Of a stretch of 64,000 nt of DNA, positions 9,446 through 17,889 are shown piece by piece (the first letter of the stretch is position 1; each line of letters begins with the position of its first letter). The position numbers and the translations under genes are program-made. The stretch is taken from NCBI GenBank assembly GCA_965199495.1, contig CBDASK010000003.1:3072001-3136000 (forward strand), read 5' to 3'. The notes below the pieces were generated by a model that had not been told where the DNA came from, did not search any database, and saw nothing but the letters and a program-made list of their open reading frames with translations. The stretch comes from Abditibacterium sp. GTDB taxonomy: Bacteria > Armatimonadota > Abditibacteriia > Abditibacteriales > Abditibacteriaceae.

Positions 9446-10426
9446 TTACTGCTGTTGCTGAACCATCTCTTCCATATCGTCGGCGAAATTAAGCGCGCTA
9501 TCGGGAATGGACATCCAGGCGGCGGCGCCAACTGGCTCCATCTCTTCGGGCTTGGGCGCATCGGCGAGCGTGACAGTCACGGCGACTTGCAGTTCGGCTT
9601 TGGTCTTGCCGCGATAAATGCCGTGCGTCGGCGGCACATCGGCGTAGTCGCGGCCAATTGCGGTGCGAATGTGACGGCCCGTCGCGAACAATTTATTCGT
9701 TGGGTCGAAACCGATCCAACCACTGCTGCCCTCAACGTCGCCGGGAAAAAGCGCCTCGACCCACGCGTGCGTGGCATCGGCCACGCTGCGGTCGGCGGAG
9801 TTTTCGCGGTGATACAAATAGCCCGAAACATAGCGCGCTGGCACGCCCAAATCGCGCAACAACGCGATCATGATGTGACTGAAATCCTGGCAGACGCCCT
9901 TGCGCGCTTCCAGAGCCACGTCAATCGGCGAATCGGCGCGCGTGTAACGCTGCACGTAGGCGAATTTTTCGTAAACCGCTTCGTTCAAATCAATCGCGAC
10001 TTGAAGGGGATTCGCACTGCGACTCAGACCGATTTCGGTTTTGAATTCCTGCAATAGAGGCGTCATAAAACAGAACTTCGACGGCGTCAGGTAATCCCAA
10101 TTGTCGGCGTTTTGATTCATGGCATCGAGCGCGTCCCAACCGGGCGCGCCGTCGGGTTGCGGCAACAATCCGTCGTCGTCCACTTCGACTAACGTTTCGG
10201 CGATGATGTTGAGCGCCGTGTGCGCGCCGGGAATATCGAAGTGATGCACGATGTTGCCCAAAAAATCGCGCCGCGCGAAAATGCGCGCGCGCGGATCGGT
10301 CGTCAACTCAAATTGGCGAACGGCCTGCGCCGCTTCGGAGCGCGGCTGCATCACGACTTCCATGACGCTCTGGCGCACAGGCTCGGAGTAACGGAATCGG
10401 GTGGAATGGCGGATGGAATAGAACAT
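9446..10426 (-). CDS. Transglutaminase family protein (Bact_transglu_N plus transglutaminase core)
   Basis: N-terminal YSIRHSTRFRY; GVCQDFSH, ARYVSGY, THAWVE, GFDPTN, GRDYADVPP. Confidence 0.92.
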   Translation of the reverse strand: MFYSIRHSTRFRYSEPVRQSVMEVVMQPRSEAAQAVRQFELTTDPRARIFARRDFLGNIVHHFDIPGAHTALNIIAETLVEVDDDGLLPQPDGAPGWDALDAMNQNADNWDYLTPSKFCFMTPLLQEFKTEIGLSRSANPLQVAIDLNEAVYEKFAYVQRYTRADSPIDVALEARKGVCQDFSHIMIALLRDLGVPARYVSGYLYHRENSADRSVADATHAWVEALFPGDVEGSSGWIGFDPTNKLFATGRHIRTAIGRDYADVPPTHGIYRGKTKAELQVAVTVTLADAPKPEEMEPVGAAAWMSIPDSALNFADDMEEMVQQQQ

Positions 10427-10430
10427 TTTT

Positions 10431-10560
10431 TAGGGTGGCAAGTGGCAAGTGACAGGTTTCAAGTGGCAGGAGCCGGACAGTCGAAGGCGCCAAAGTTACC
10501 CCGAAAGGCCGCGCTCTTTACCGCTTGTCACTTGTTACCTGACACTTGTCACCTTCCCTA
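10431..10560. repeat. Imperfect inverted repeat of tandem heptamers
   Basis: Units AAGTGGC/AAGTGAC/AGGTTTC at 10431-10470 are mirrored by CTTGTCA/CTTGTTA/CCTGACA at 10524-10560. Confidence 0.7.
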
Positions 10561-11508
10561 CGCCACCATCGCGGATTCGACGGTGTAGCCGATGTAGGCG
10601 CCAAAAAGCGCGCCGTGAATTTGGCCGCATTGGCCGCGCACATCGGTCAAAAATTCGGGCAAGTCGCCCGACATAATATCTTCGACGCTGGAATAATAGA
10701 GCATCGCGCGCAGTTTGCCCGCCGCGCGCAACAATCGCGTGTCTTTGCGGCGGCCCGTCAGCGTGGCGATGCCTTCGAGCGCGTGTTCGATTTGGTCGGC
10801 GCAAAACCGCACGCTACGCGGCGTTTCCTCGTCCAAAAGCATAAATTCGATAATGCGTTTAGGCCGCAAATCGGCGGTGTATTGGCGACAATACGCCTCG
10901 AAACTGGTGCAGCCACGCAGCAAACCGACCCATTCCAAATACGACGACTCGGAAGAGCCACCGGCAGTGAGCGAGGGCGCGTGAACGCGAATCATGTTGG
11001 TCGTGGCTGAGGCGCGCTCCAGGTTTTTGCCGACGCGAAGGAACAGATACGCCTCGCCGTGCGCGAAAGTTTCTTCGGTCACGCCGTGAATCAGGTGCAT
11101 CGCCTCTTTGACATCGGCGTAGAAATCGCCGGGCGATTCGGCCCAGGTTTTCTGAATATCGGGCGCGCGCACCTTGAGATACAACCGGTTGAGCTTTTCG
11201 TACATATCGGTCGAAATCTGCTCGCGAATCTGGCGGGCGTTTTCGCGCGCCGAGCTGATGGATTTCACGATGGAATTATCGGCCTCAAACGTCAGATAAC
11301 GCGCCAAAGCGTTGGCATCGTCCAGCGAACGATCTTCGGGCAATTGAACGTTGAGACCTTCGACCAACAGCGATTGCAGGTTGGCGCCCGAATACTGCCC
11401 TTGATCGAGCATCAGGTTGAGATGAACGTCCACCACGCGCGCCTTAAATTCGGCGCGTTCGAGGTAGCGGCTCATCCAGTAAAGACTGTCAGCGACTCGT
11501 GAAAGCAT
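10558..11508 (-). CDS. Alpha-E domain protein (DUF403)
   Basis: Canonical start MLSRVADSLYWMSRYLERAE; ARENARQIRE, LERA and PRSVRF motifs. The longer ORF start at 11616 lies in a repeat element. Confidence 0.92.
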   Translation of the reverse strand: MLSRVADSLYWMSRYLERAEFKARVVDVHLNLMLDQGQYSGANLQSLLVEGLNVQLPEDRSLDDANALARYLTFEADNSIVKSISSARENARQIREQISTDMYEKLNRLYLKVRAPDIQKTWAESPGDFYADVKEAMHLIHGVTEETFAHGEAYLFLRVGKNLERASATTNMIRVHAPSLTAGGSSESSYLEWVGLLRGCTSFEAYCRQYTADLRPKRIIEFMLLDEETPRSVRFCADQIEHALEGIATLTGRRKDTRLLRAAGKLRAMLYYSSVEDIMSGDLPEFLTDVRGQCGQIHGALFGAYIGYTVESAMVA

Positions 11509-11545
11509 AGTTTTTGGGGGATTGGAGATTTGGTGGTGAATTTGA

Positions 11546-11710
11546 CGTTTTTCCCTCACCCGGCTTCGTTCCTCAGCCACCCTCTCCCGGAGGGAGAAGG
11601 TTTTCTGGCGCTTCATCGTTTGAGAAATCTCTTGGTGATTGAGGTCGCAAAGTAACCTTCTCCCTCCGGGAGAGGGTGGCTGAGGAACGAAGCCGGGTGA
11701 GGGAAAAACG
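11546..11710. repeat. REP-doublet-like inverted repeat (57-bp perfect arms, CCCTCACCC...CCCTCTCCC type)
   Basis: 11546-11602 is the exact reverse complement of 11654-11710; each arm contains the internal hairpin CTCTCCC-GGA-GGGAGA. Confidence 0.92.
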
Positions 11711-11721
11711 CCCGCATTTGT

Positions 11722-13233
11722 TTATTCGTAAAGCACCCACGTATCTTTCGACCCGCCGCCCTGCGACGAGTTGACGACCAGACTACCGCGCTTGAACGCC
11801 ACGCGCGTCAAACCGCCCGGCACCAGTTGCACGCGTTCGCCAAACAAAACGAACGGGCGCAAATCAATGCAACGTGGCTCGACGCGGCCATCAATAAAGC
11901 AGGGCGCGCGCGACAGCGAAATCGTCGGTTGCGCGATGTAATTGCGCGGGTCGGCTTTAATCTTTTCGGCGAACTCGTCTTGCTCGGCTTTGGTCGAATG
12001 CGGCCCAATCAACATTCCGTAGCCGCCCGCTTCACCGACGGCTTTGACGACCAATTTGTCGAGATTTCCCAAAACATAACTTAATTCGTTCGGGTTCGCG
12101 CACAAAAACGTTTTGACGTTGGGCAAAATCGCATCTTGATCGAGATAATACTTGATAATCGCCGGAACATACGCATAGACCGCCTTATCATCAGCCACGC
12201 CGGTGCCAAGGGCGTTGGAAAGTCCGACGTTTCCGGCGCGATACGCGTTGAGCAAGCCAGGCACGCCCAGACTCGAATCGGGACGAAAGGCGAGCGGATC
12301 GAGAAAATCGTCGTCAATACGGCGATAAATTACGTCAACGCGCCGCAAACCGGCGGTCGTGCGCATATAAACCACGTTATCGTGAACCAACAAATCGCGT
12401 CCTTCGACCAATTCAACGCCCATCTGACGCGCTAAAAACGTATGCTCGAAATAAGCCGAATTGTAGGCGCCCGGCGTTAAAACCACAACCGTCGGATCGG
12501 AAACGTGAGTCGGTGCGAGCGCGCGCAACGTGGACAATAAAACCTGCGCGTAATGATCAATCGGGCGGACGGCGTAATTGCGAAACAGTTTGGGGAAAAC
12601 CTGTTTGATGATCTGCCGCGAAGTCAGCATATAACTGACGCCCGATGGCACGCGTAGATTATCTTCCAAAACGGTGAAAGTGCCCTGTTCGTCGCGAATG
12701 ATGTCCGAGCCGCAAATCGAAACCCAGATGTCGTTGGGCGGACGCACGCCGCGCAGTTCGCGGCGATAATGTTTGCAGCCGTAAATCAATTCGCGCGGAA
12801 TAATGCCATCTTTGAAGATTTGGCCTTCGCCGTAAATATCTTTGAGAAACAGATTGAGCGCCGTTAAACGCTGCGCCAGACCTTTCTCGATAACGCTCCA
12901 CTCGTCCGAAGTGATGATGCGCGGCAGCAAATCGTAGGGAAAAATTCGTTCGGTTCCGCCATCGTTGCCGTAAACCGTAAAAGTGATGCCCTGATTGAGA
13001 AACGACAGATCGGCGGTCTTTTGATATTCTTCGAGTTCGCCGGGTTCGATGTCGCTCAACCGGTTTTGCAGCGGCGCATACGATGCCCGTGGCTCCTCGG
13101 ATTGCGCGAACATTTCGTCGTAGAACTTCGGATCGAAGTCGTAATTCGCGAAGGGCGAGCCAGCATTTTGCAACGGGTGCATCGGCTCAAACTTATTGAA
13201 GGGCGCAAATTCGAGCGGCGTAATATCGGACAT
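11722..13233 (-). CDS. Circularly permuted type 2 ATP-grasp protein (DUF404/DUF407)
   Basis: [60 protein letters not shown]. Confidence 0.95.
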   Translation of the reverse strand: MSDITPLEFAPFNKFEPMHPLQNAGSPFANYDFDPKFYDEMFAQSEEPRASYAPLQNRLSDIEPGELEEYQKTADLSFLNQGITFTVYGNDGGTERIFPYDLLPRIITSDEWSVIEKGLAQRLTALNLFLKDIYGEGQIFKDGIIPRELIYGCKHYRRELRGVRPPNDIWVSICGSDIIRDEQGTFTVLEDNLRVPSGVSYMLTSRQIIKQVFPKLFRNYAVRPIDHYAQVLLSTLRALAPTHVSDPTVVVLTPGAYNSAYFEHTFLARQMGVELVEGRDLLVHDNVVYMRTTAGLRRVDVIYRRIDDDFLDPLAFRPDSSLGVPGLLNAYRAGNVGLSNALGTGVADDKAVYAYVPAIIKYYLDQDAILPNVKTFLCANPNELSYVLGNLDKLVVKAVGEAGGYGMLIGPHSTKAEQDEFAEKIKADPRNYIAQPTISLSRAPCFIDGRVEPRCIDLRPFVLFGERVQLVPGGLTRVAFKRGSLVVNSSQGGGSKDTWVLYE

Positions 13234-13343
13234 ATTTGTGTGAGGGTTGCGTAGAACGCGTGCCTCCAGTGTAACGAGACAAAATTACGGGAATGTTTCG
13301 GCCAGTTAAAGAATTACTTTGGCGCCGCGAGTAAACTTGGCCT

Positions 13344-14363
13344 ATGAAACGTCGCGTTTTGATGGTTTTAGCTGTTGTAGTTCCGCTCGCGCTATTTTTA
13401 GTAGCGCGTCGGGCGGCGAGTTTGCGGCCCGCGTTAATGGCAAAGGGTTCGTTCGATGCTTTGATGGTAACTACACCAATCGGTAATTCAACGCGTTCGC
13501 GTTCAGGCCGGTTTGTGGTCATAGATGATTATCGTTCGCCCCTTTGGCTGTTGGACGCCATAATCCCGAATAAACGCCGCGCCATCAAGCGTGGTCTGCC
13601 GGTTTTCTCGTCCGATGAGAAGATGTTGGCTATCGTAATTCCGCACAATACTTCTATGCCTCTTGCTTCTTCTGTTATGCTTCCGCAAACGCAATCGGCG
13701 CTTCGCGTCTATATTCGAGACTTGCAAACGGGTCGCGAAAGGCAGTTGCAAAGCGTTCCACTGGCCCTTAATTCTCGGCCCACATTCTTCATTCAAGATG
13801 CGGCGTTTTCGATGGATAACGCCACATTTGCTGTTTTGGCTGTTGGCACTACAGTTTTTCGATGGGATGTTCAAAGCGGCAACTTGCTGACGAAAACCAA
13901 AGGCCAATTTGACTATAATCTTGGACAGACGCGGTTGTTTGATGAAAGCGAGAAAATTTGGAAAGGCAGTGCGTCGGGCGTCACGATTTATAACGCCCGA
14001 ACTGGCAAAGTGGAGCGCACTCTAAAACAAAACGGCGTGCTGATGCGCGATGAGAATTTCTACTGGAGTTTGGATCCTTCCATGAAGATGGAAACAAGAA
14101 TTTACCGCGTTTCCGACGGCGCAATCGTGTTCCATTATAAACCGGCGACTGCGCCCGTTGTCTCGCCCGATGGCCGTTGGATTCTCGTCCCGCGCAGTTC
14201 GCCTTTTTCCACGCCTATTAAGGTGGAACTCCGCGAAGTTGGAACCTGGCATTTAATCGCCACAAGAGAGCTTACTGGCGGCGACAGATGGGAATTCGAT
14301 GGCCCCAATCACGTTCTCACGCTCAATAACAAAGGCCAAGTTTATCGTTGGCGTCTGCGTTAA
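13344..14363 (+). CDS. Hypothetical membrane-anchored beta-propeller-like protein
   Basis: N-terminal TM helix; WD-like segments (FSSDEKMLA, WDVQSG, VSPDGRWILV); AT-richer than its flanks. Confidence 0.6.
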   Translation: MKRRVLMVLAVVVPLALFLVARRAASLRPALMAKGSFDALMVTTPIGNSTRSRSGRFVVIDDYRSPLWLLDAIIPNKRRAIKRGLPVFSSDEKMLAIVIPHNTSMPLASSVMLPQTQSALRVYIRDLQTGRERQLQSVPLALNSRPTFFIQDAAFSMDNATFAVLAVGTTVFRWDVQSGNLLTKTKGQFDYNLGQTRLFDESEKIWKGSASGVTIYNARTGKVERTLKQNGVLMRDENFYWSLDPSMKMETRIYRVSDGAIVFHYKPATAPVVSPDGRWILVPRSSPFSTPIKVELREVGTWHLIATRELTGGDRWEFDGPNHVLTLNNKGQVYRWRLR

Positions 14364-14751
14364 TGCGCCAGCGATGCCGCGATTTGGCGCGCGATTTCGT
14401 CCAACTCGCTCGCCATTTTTTCTAATCCAACGTAACGCCCGAACGTCTGCGACGGCCAACTGTAATTGCACTGTGTCCCGCTTTCTGTCTCGCGAATCAC
14501 GAACTTCATCGGCGCTTCGATGACGGCGTCGGGCGCGGTTTTAACGACGAAGGCTTCCAGCGCGGATGAAAATAAAGCAGTTGCCGCACGCCGGGAATTT
14601 CTATGCCGCCACGCCGCACGATGGCTTGCGTGTCGATTTCGTGCAAGATCATCATATCGGCGGCGACGATGGCGCCGCGCAGAATTTCGACGGTTTTCTC
14701 GAACGAGTCGGGAATGTTTCGGGCGGCCAAAAATTAGCGTTCTGATTTCAC
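14360..14751 (-). pseudogene. DUF302-like gene disrupted by a frameshift and a probable in-frame stop
   Basis: ORF 14506..14730 (ILHEIDTQAI...RQLLYFHPR) continues in another frame as VVKTAPDAVIEAPMKFVIRE to 14360; upstream reads GTG AAA TCA GAA CGC TAA. Confidence 0.6.
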
Positions 14752-14766
14752 ATAGAAAACTTTGGC

Positions 14767-15810
14767 TTAGCGTTGGAACATTTGTTCCAACGGATCGCGG
14801 ATTTTGCCCCAACTCGCCGTCCATTGGGTGTAGTCGTCGTGCGTCGCACTTTTCAAAAACGAAAAATCTTCGCCCTGACTTTTCCAGTTTTCGTTTTTAT
14901 CGAGCGCGCGCAACGAAAACACGCCCGGCATTCCTGCCATCAGCGCGGCTTCGCCTTCTTTTGAGGCGATGGCATCGAAGAGTTTGCGCGCGTTTTCGGG
15001 ATGCGGCGCGCCTTTGATAAGAGCCACGGCGCCGGGCATCAAGATGTTATTGGTTTGAATAGGCGACAACCCAATCGGTTTGCCGCGCTTTTTCTGTTCC
15101 AGATAATCGTCGGTATCCGTCCAACCCAAATCCAAATCGCCGTCGGAAACCGCGCGCGCGACATCGCCGTTGCCGGGCGTAATGCGCACGCCCGCCGCCT
15201 TCAAACTTTGATACCATTGCAAAGTTTTGGCGGCATCGCGCGAATATAATGCGGCGGCTTCGTCGCTGGCTAACCCGAACTGCGGGTTGGAATGTCCGCT
15301 CTTTTGGCCAGCGACGGGCGTATACATCAAATCGGTGATTACCGGTTTAAAATCGCTCGCCGTCACCAAAATGCGCGCCCGCGTGCCGACGCCGACCCAG
15401 CCTTGGCCGCGAAAACGCGGCGCCAAATCTTGCGCGGCGGGCGAATTGTAGGTGTCGAGAAAACCATCTTGTTCGAGCAATAACGTTTGCAAGAGCGCCG
15501 AAGTCCACAACACATCGGCGCGCACGCGCGATTTTTCGCTGCGAATGCGCGTCGTCAAACCGGCGGTTTTGGTGGATTCGGTATCGAAGAGCGGCACAAT
15601 ATCCAAACCGGTGCGCTGTTTGAGTTTTTCGATCATCGGTTTGGCATAAACATCGTCAACCGAGCAATAAAGCACCACGCGTTTGTCGGTGGGCGCGCCC
15701 GATTCGGACGCCGTGGCTGCTGTTGGCGGCGCAGTTGCGGTTTGCGTTTTGGGCGCGCAACCGGCGATGGCCAGCGCGCCCAGAGCGGCGAGGAAATAAC
15801 GGCGATTCAT
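14767..15810 (-). CDS. ABC transporter substrate-binding lipoprotein, Fe(III)/AfuA-like
   Basis: MNRRYFL...LAIAGC Tat/lipoprotein-like signal; VLYCSVD, ADVLW, GWTDTDD, GAPHPENARKL. Confidence 0.82.
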   Translation of the reverse strand: MNRRYFLAALGALAIAGCAPKTQTATAPPTAATASESGAPTDKRVVLYCSVDDVYAKPMIEKLKQRTGLDIVPLFDTESTKTAGLTTRIRSEKSRVRADVLWTSALLQTLLLEQDGFLDTYNSPAAQDLAPRFRGQGWVGVGTRARILVTASDFKPVITDLMYTPVAGQKSGHSNPQFGLASDEAAALYSRDAAKTLQWYQSLKAAGVRITPGNGDVARAVSDGDLDLGWTDTDDYLEQKKRGKPIGLSPIQTNNILMPGAVALIKGAPHPENARKLFDAIASKEGEAALMAGMPGVFSLRALDKNENWKSQGEDFSFLKSATHDDYTQWTASWGKIRDPLEQMFQR

Positions 15811-15890
15811 AAAGAATTATAGTTTTGCAAAACGGCGCATTGTGACGGAAATTACGGAAAAGTTTTTGAAAATTTTCAACTTATCGAACG

Positions 15891-15924
15891 ACAAAAAGCG
15901 CCGCATATTAACGGCGCTTTTTGT
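15891..15924. terminator. Bidirectional intrinsic-terminator-like hairpin
   Basis: ACAAAAAGCGCCG-loop-CGGCGCTTTTTGT. Confidence 0.65.
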
Positions 15925-15958
15925 TTCGTATTAAAATCGAGATCAACGTTCGCTGTTC

Positions 15959-16125
15959 GTTAGTGTCTCAACGTGAGTTGAAACGTTTGATGCAGTAAAA
16001 ATTGTCATTGATAAGAAACCGAGATGTCTGAAGTGCCAGAGCCAGTCTTTAGAGAAGAAAAGCGTCTGCGAAACAATGCGAGCAATTCTCTGGCGCAGAG
16101 TCAGATTAAAGCGCTCGACGGGGTG
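15959..16125 (-). mobile_element. IS1-family transposase 3' remnant with a probable terminal inverted repeat
   Basis: The minus strand translates to HPVERFNLTLRQRIARIVSQTLFFSKDWLWH, matching the IS1 InsB ERxNxTLRQR..RL.RKTLSFSK signature; GTTAGTGTCTCA at 15959-15970 resembles a GGTAGTG-type end. No start codon, so absent from the ORF track. Confidence 0.72.
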
Positions 16126-16132
16126 AATCTCT

Positions 16133-16190
16133 CCTTCTAACTCCGATTTGAGGGTGCCTGAATTTTACGAAGTTGGGTGAGGGAAAAACG
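16133..16190. repeat. Degenerate single arm of the 11546-11710 repeat family
   Basis: CCTTCTAACTCCGATTTGAGGGTGCCTGAATTTTACGAAGTTGGGTGAGGGAAAAACG aligns to CCTTCTCCCTCCGGGAGAGGGTGGCTGAGGAACGAAGCCGGGTGAGGGAAAAACG. Confidence 0.75.
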
Positions 16191-16208
16191 TAAAATTCGC
16201 TCCATTGC

Positions 16209-16919
16209 TTAATTATCCATCTTATCCGGCGTCGTGGGCATCGTCGTGGTGCCCGGCGTCGTGCCGTTCATCGCGGGCGTTTTGGTCGGATCCATCATCA
16301 TGCCGTTGTTCATCGCTGGTTTGGGCAGTTTCGCTAACTCTTTGCTGGCCATATCGAGATGGTTTTGCTCGGTTTTGGCATACGTTTCCATCAAACTGGT
16401 GAACTCTTTATCCGTGCTGGCTTTGATGGCGTCATTGGCTTTGCGCACATCGTCGGCGTTGATGTTGACGGCTTCTTGCAGATACGCGCGGTCGAAATCG
16501 TCGCCCGCGTTGTCGTCCATCAATTTTTGCAATTTGCTCTGGTTGTCATCCGTCATCGTCAGAGGCAACGTGAGGCCGCGCTTATTGGCCTGCATAAACA
16601 GCATTTTATTCAGGCGCGTATGATCGTCCATCAAGCGGAGCGCATATTTTTGCACGTCTTTGCCCTGCGCTTTTTGCACCGCCAGCTCGGAGGTAGCCTG
16701 ATCGTAGACGCTGCCCTGCGCGGTCTCCATCAAAAACTGTTTGTCGGCGTCGCTGGTCATCATGGATTTGTCCATCATGCCGGTCGCCATCGTCGTCGAG
16801 GACATCGCCTCGTTTTGCATTGTGTCGGCGGTGCCGGTGGCTGTTTGCGCGCCGGCGATGCCGCACAAAATCGTGGTGCCCAAAAGAGCAATTGCGGAAG
16901 GGGAAAGGGTCTGTTTCAT
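16209..16919 (-). CDS. DUF4142 domain secreted protein with Met-rich termini
   Basis: Signal peptide MKQTLSP...AGAQ; DKQFLMETAQG, MDDH, FDRAYL and HLDMA motifs. Confidence 0.85.
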   Translation of the reverse strand: MKQTLSPSAIALLGTTILCGIAGAQTATGTADTMQNEAMSSTTMATGMMDKSMMTSDADKQFLMETAQGSVYDQATSELAVQKAQGKDVQKYALRLMDDHTRLNKMLFMQANKRGLTLPLTMTDDNQSKLQKLMDDNAGDDFDRAYLQEAVNINADDVRKANDAIKASTDKEFTSLMETYAKTEQNHLDMASKELAKLPKPAMNNGMMMDPTKTPAMNGTTPGTTTMPTTPDKMDN

Positions 16920-17241
16920 TGGATTTAACCTGCTTATCCAGAAATCGTTCGAGCGTTGATCGCGAATCTTAAAATTCAAACGACAACCTCTTGCCCGGCT
17001 TCTTTGCACCTGTCGTGCCTCAAGTTGTCAATGCGCCAGAAAACCAAGAGTTTTCTTGGAAACGCAAAAAAGAACGCGCTTAAATCGCTGTTTTGGGCCA
17101 CTCGTGAAAAACAGCATTTGTAATTCCACAAATGTCAGAGAGCTTGAGATAACTTTTTGTGTCGCTTTGGCAATTACGTTTCAAATACAGGGTTAGCCCT
17201 TGCTCTCGCGCTCCATTTTGGCGCGATGGCGAGCTATTGCC

Positions 17242-17769
17242 ATGAAGAACACTCTTTTTTTCCAACCGCGTCTCTGGGGCGCACTGACGCTCTCGATTTT
17301 GACGATGGCTCCGTTACCGTTTGTGTTAGCGGTGCCCGGCGCTTCCACTGTGGCGCCGATTGTCAAAGCGCAGTTGCAGGCTTTCAAAGTTCTGCTGCAA
17401 AAAGATGGCGACGAAAAGCTGGCTGCTGCCGACATCGCCAATCCCGGCGATGTCATCGAGTATCAGGCGACCTATTCCAACGATAGCCAGCGCGCCGCGA
17501 CCAATCTCAACGCCACGTTGCCAATTCCCGCCGCGCTATCTTATGTGCCCAACACAGCCACGCCGAGTGGGTTCATGGCCTCGACCGACGCCAAGACCTT
17601 CGCGCCCGCGCCGCTCAAGCGCGCGGTTAAAGACGCCAATGGCAAAACCGTGACCGTTCTGGTGCCGTTTTCCGAATATCGCGCGTTGCGTTGGAACGTG
17701 AAACAGTTGGCGCCCGGCGCCGATTTCAAGGTCAGCGCGCGCGCCAGCGTGCCCAAAGTCGGCAAATAA
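17242..17769 (+). CDS. Small secreted single DUF11-like domain protein (predicted fibre chaperone or cap)
   Basis: Signal peptide; NPGDVIEYQATYSN...TLPIPAALSY...LRWNVKQLAPG...VSARASV; first gene of the DUF11 operon. Confidence 0.75.
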   Translation: MKNTLFFQPRLWGALTLSILTMAPLPFVLAVPGASTVAPIVKAQLQAFKVLLQKDGDEKLAAADIANPGDVIEYQATYSNDSQRAATNLNATLPIPAALSYVPNTATPSGFMASTDAKTFAPAPLKRAVKDANGKTVTVLVPFSEYRALRWNVKQLAPGADFKVSARASVPKVGK

Positions 17770-17889
17770 AATCGCGTTGAAGTAACGCCTTTCCCTCGGT
17801 TTCCCCGGCCCGAAATTCAAACAAGTTGCCCTTGTTTTTAGTTTCGTGCGCCGCATTTTTTTGAAACAATTTAGAAAACCTTTTTCAAC

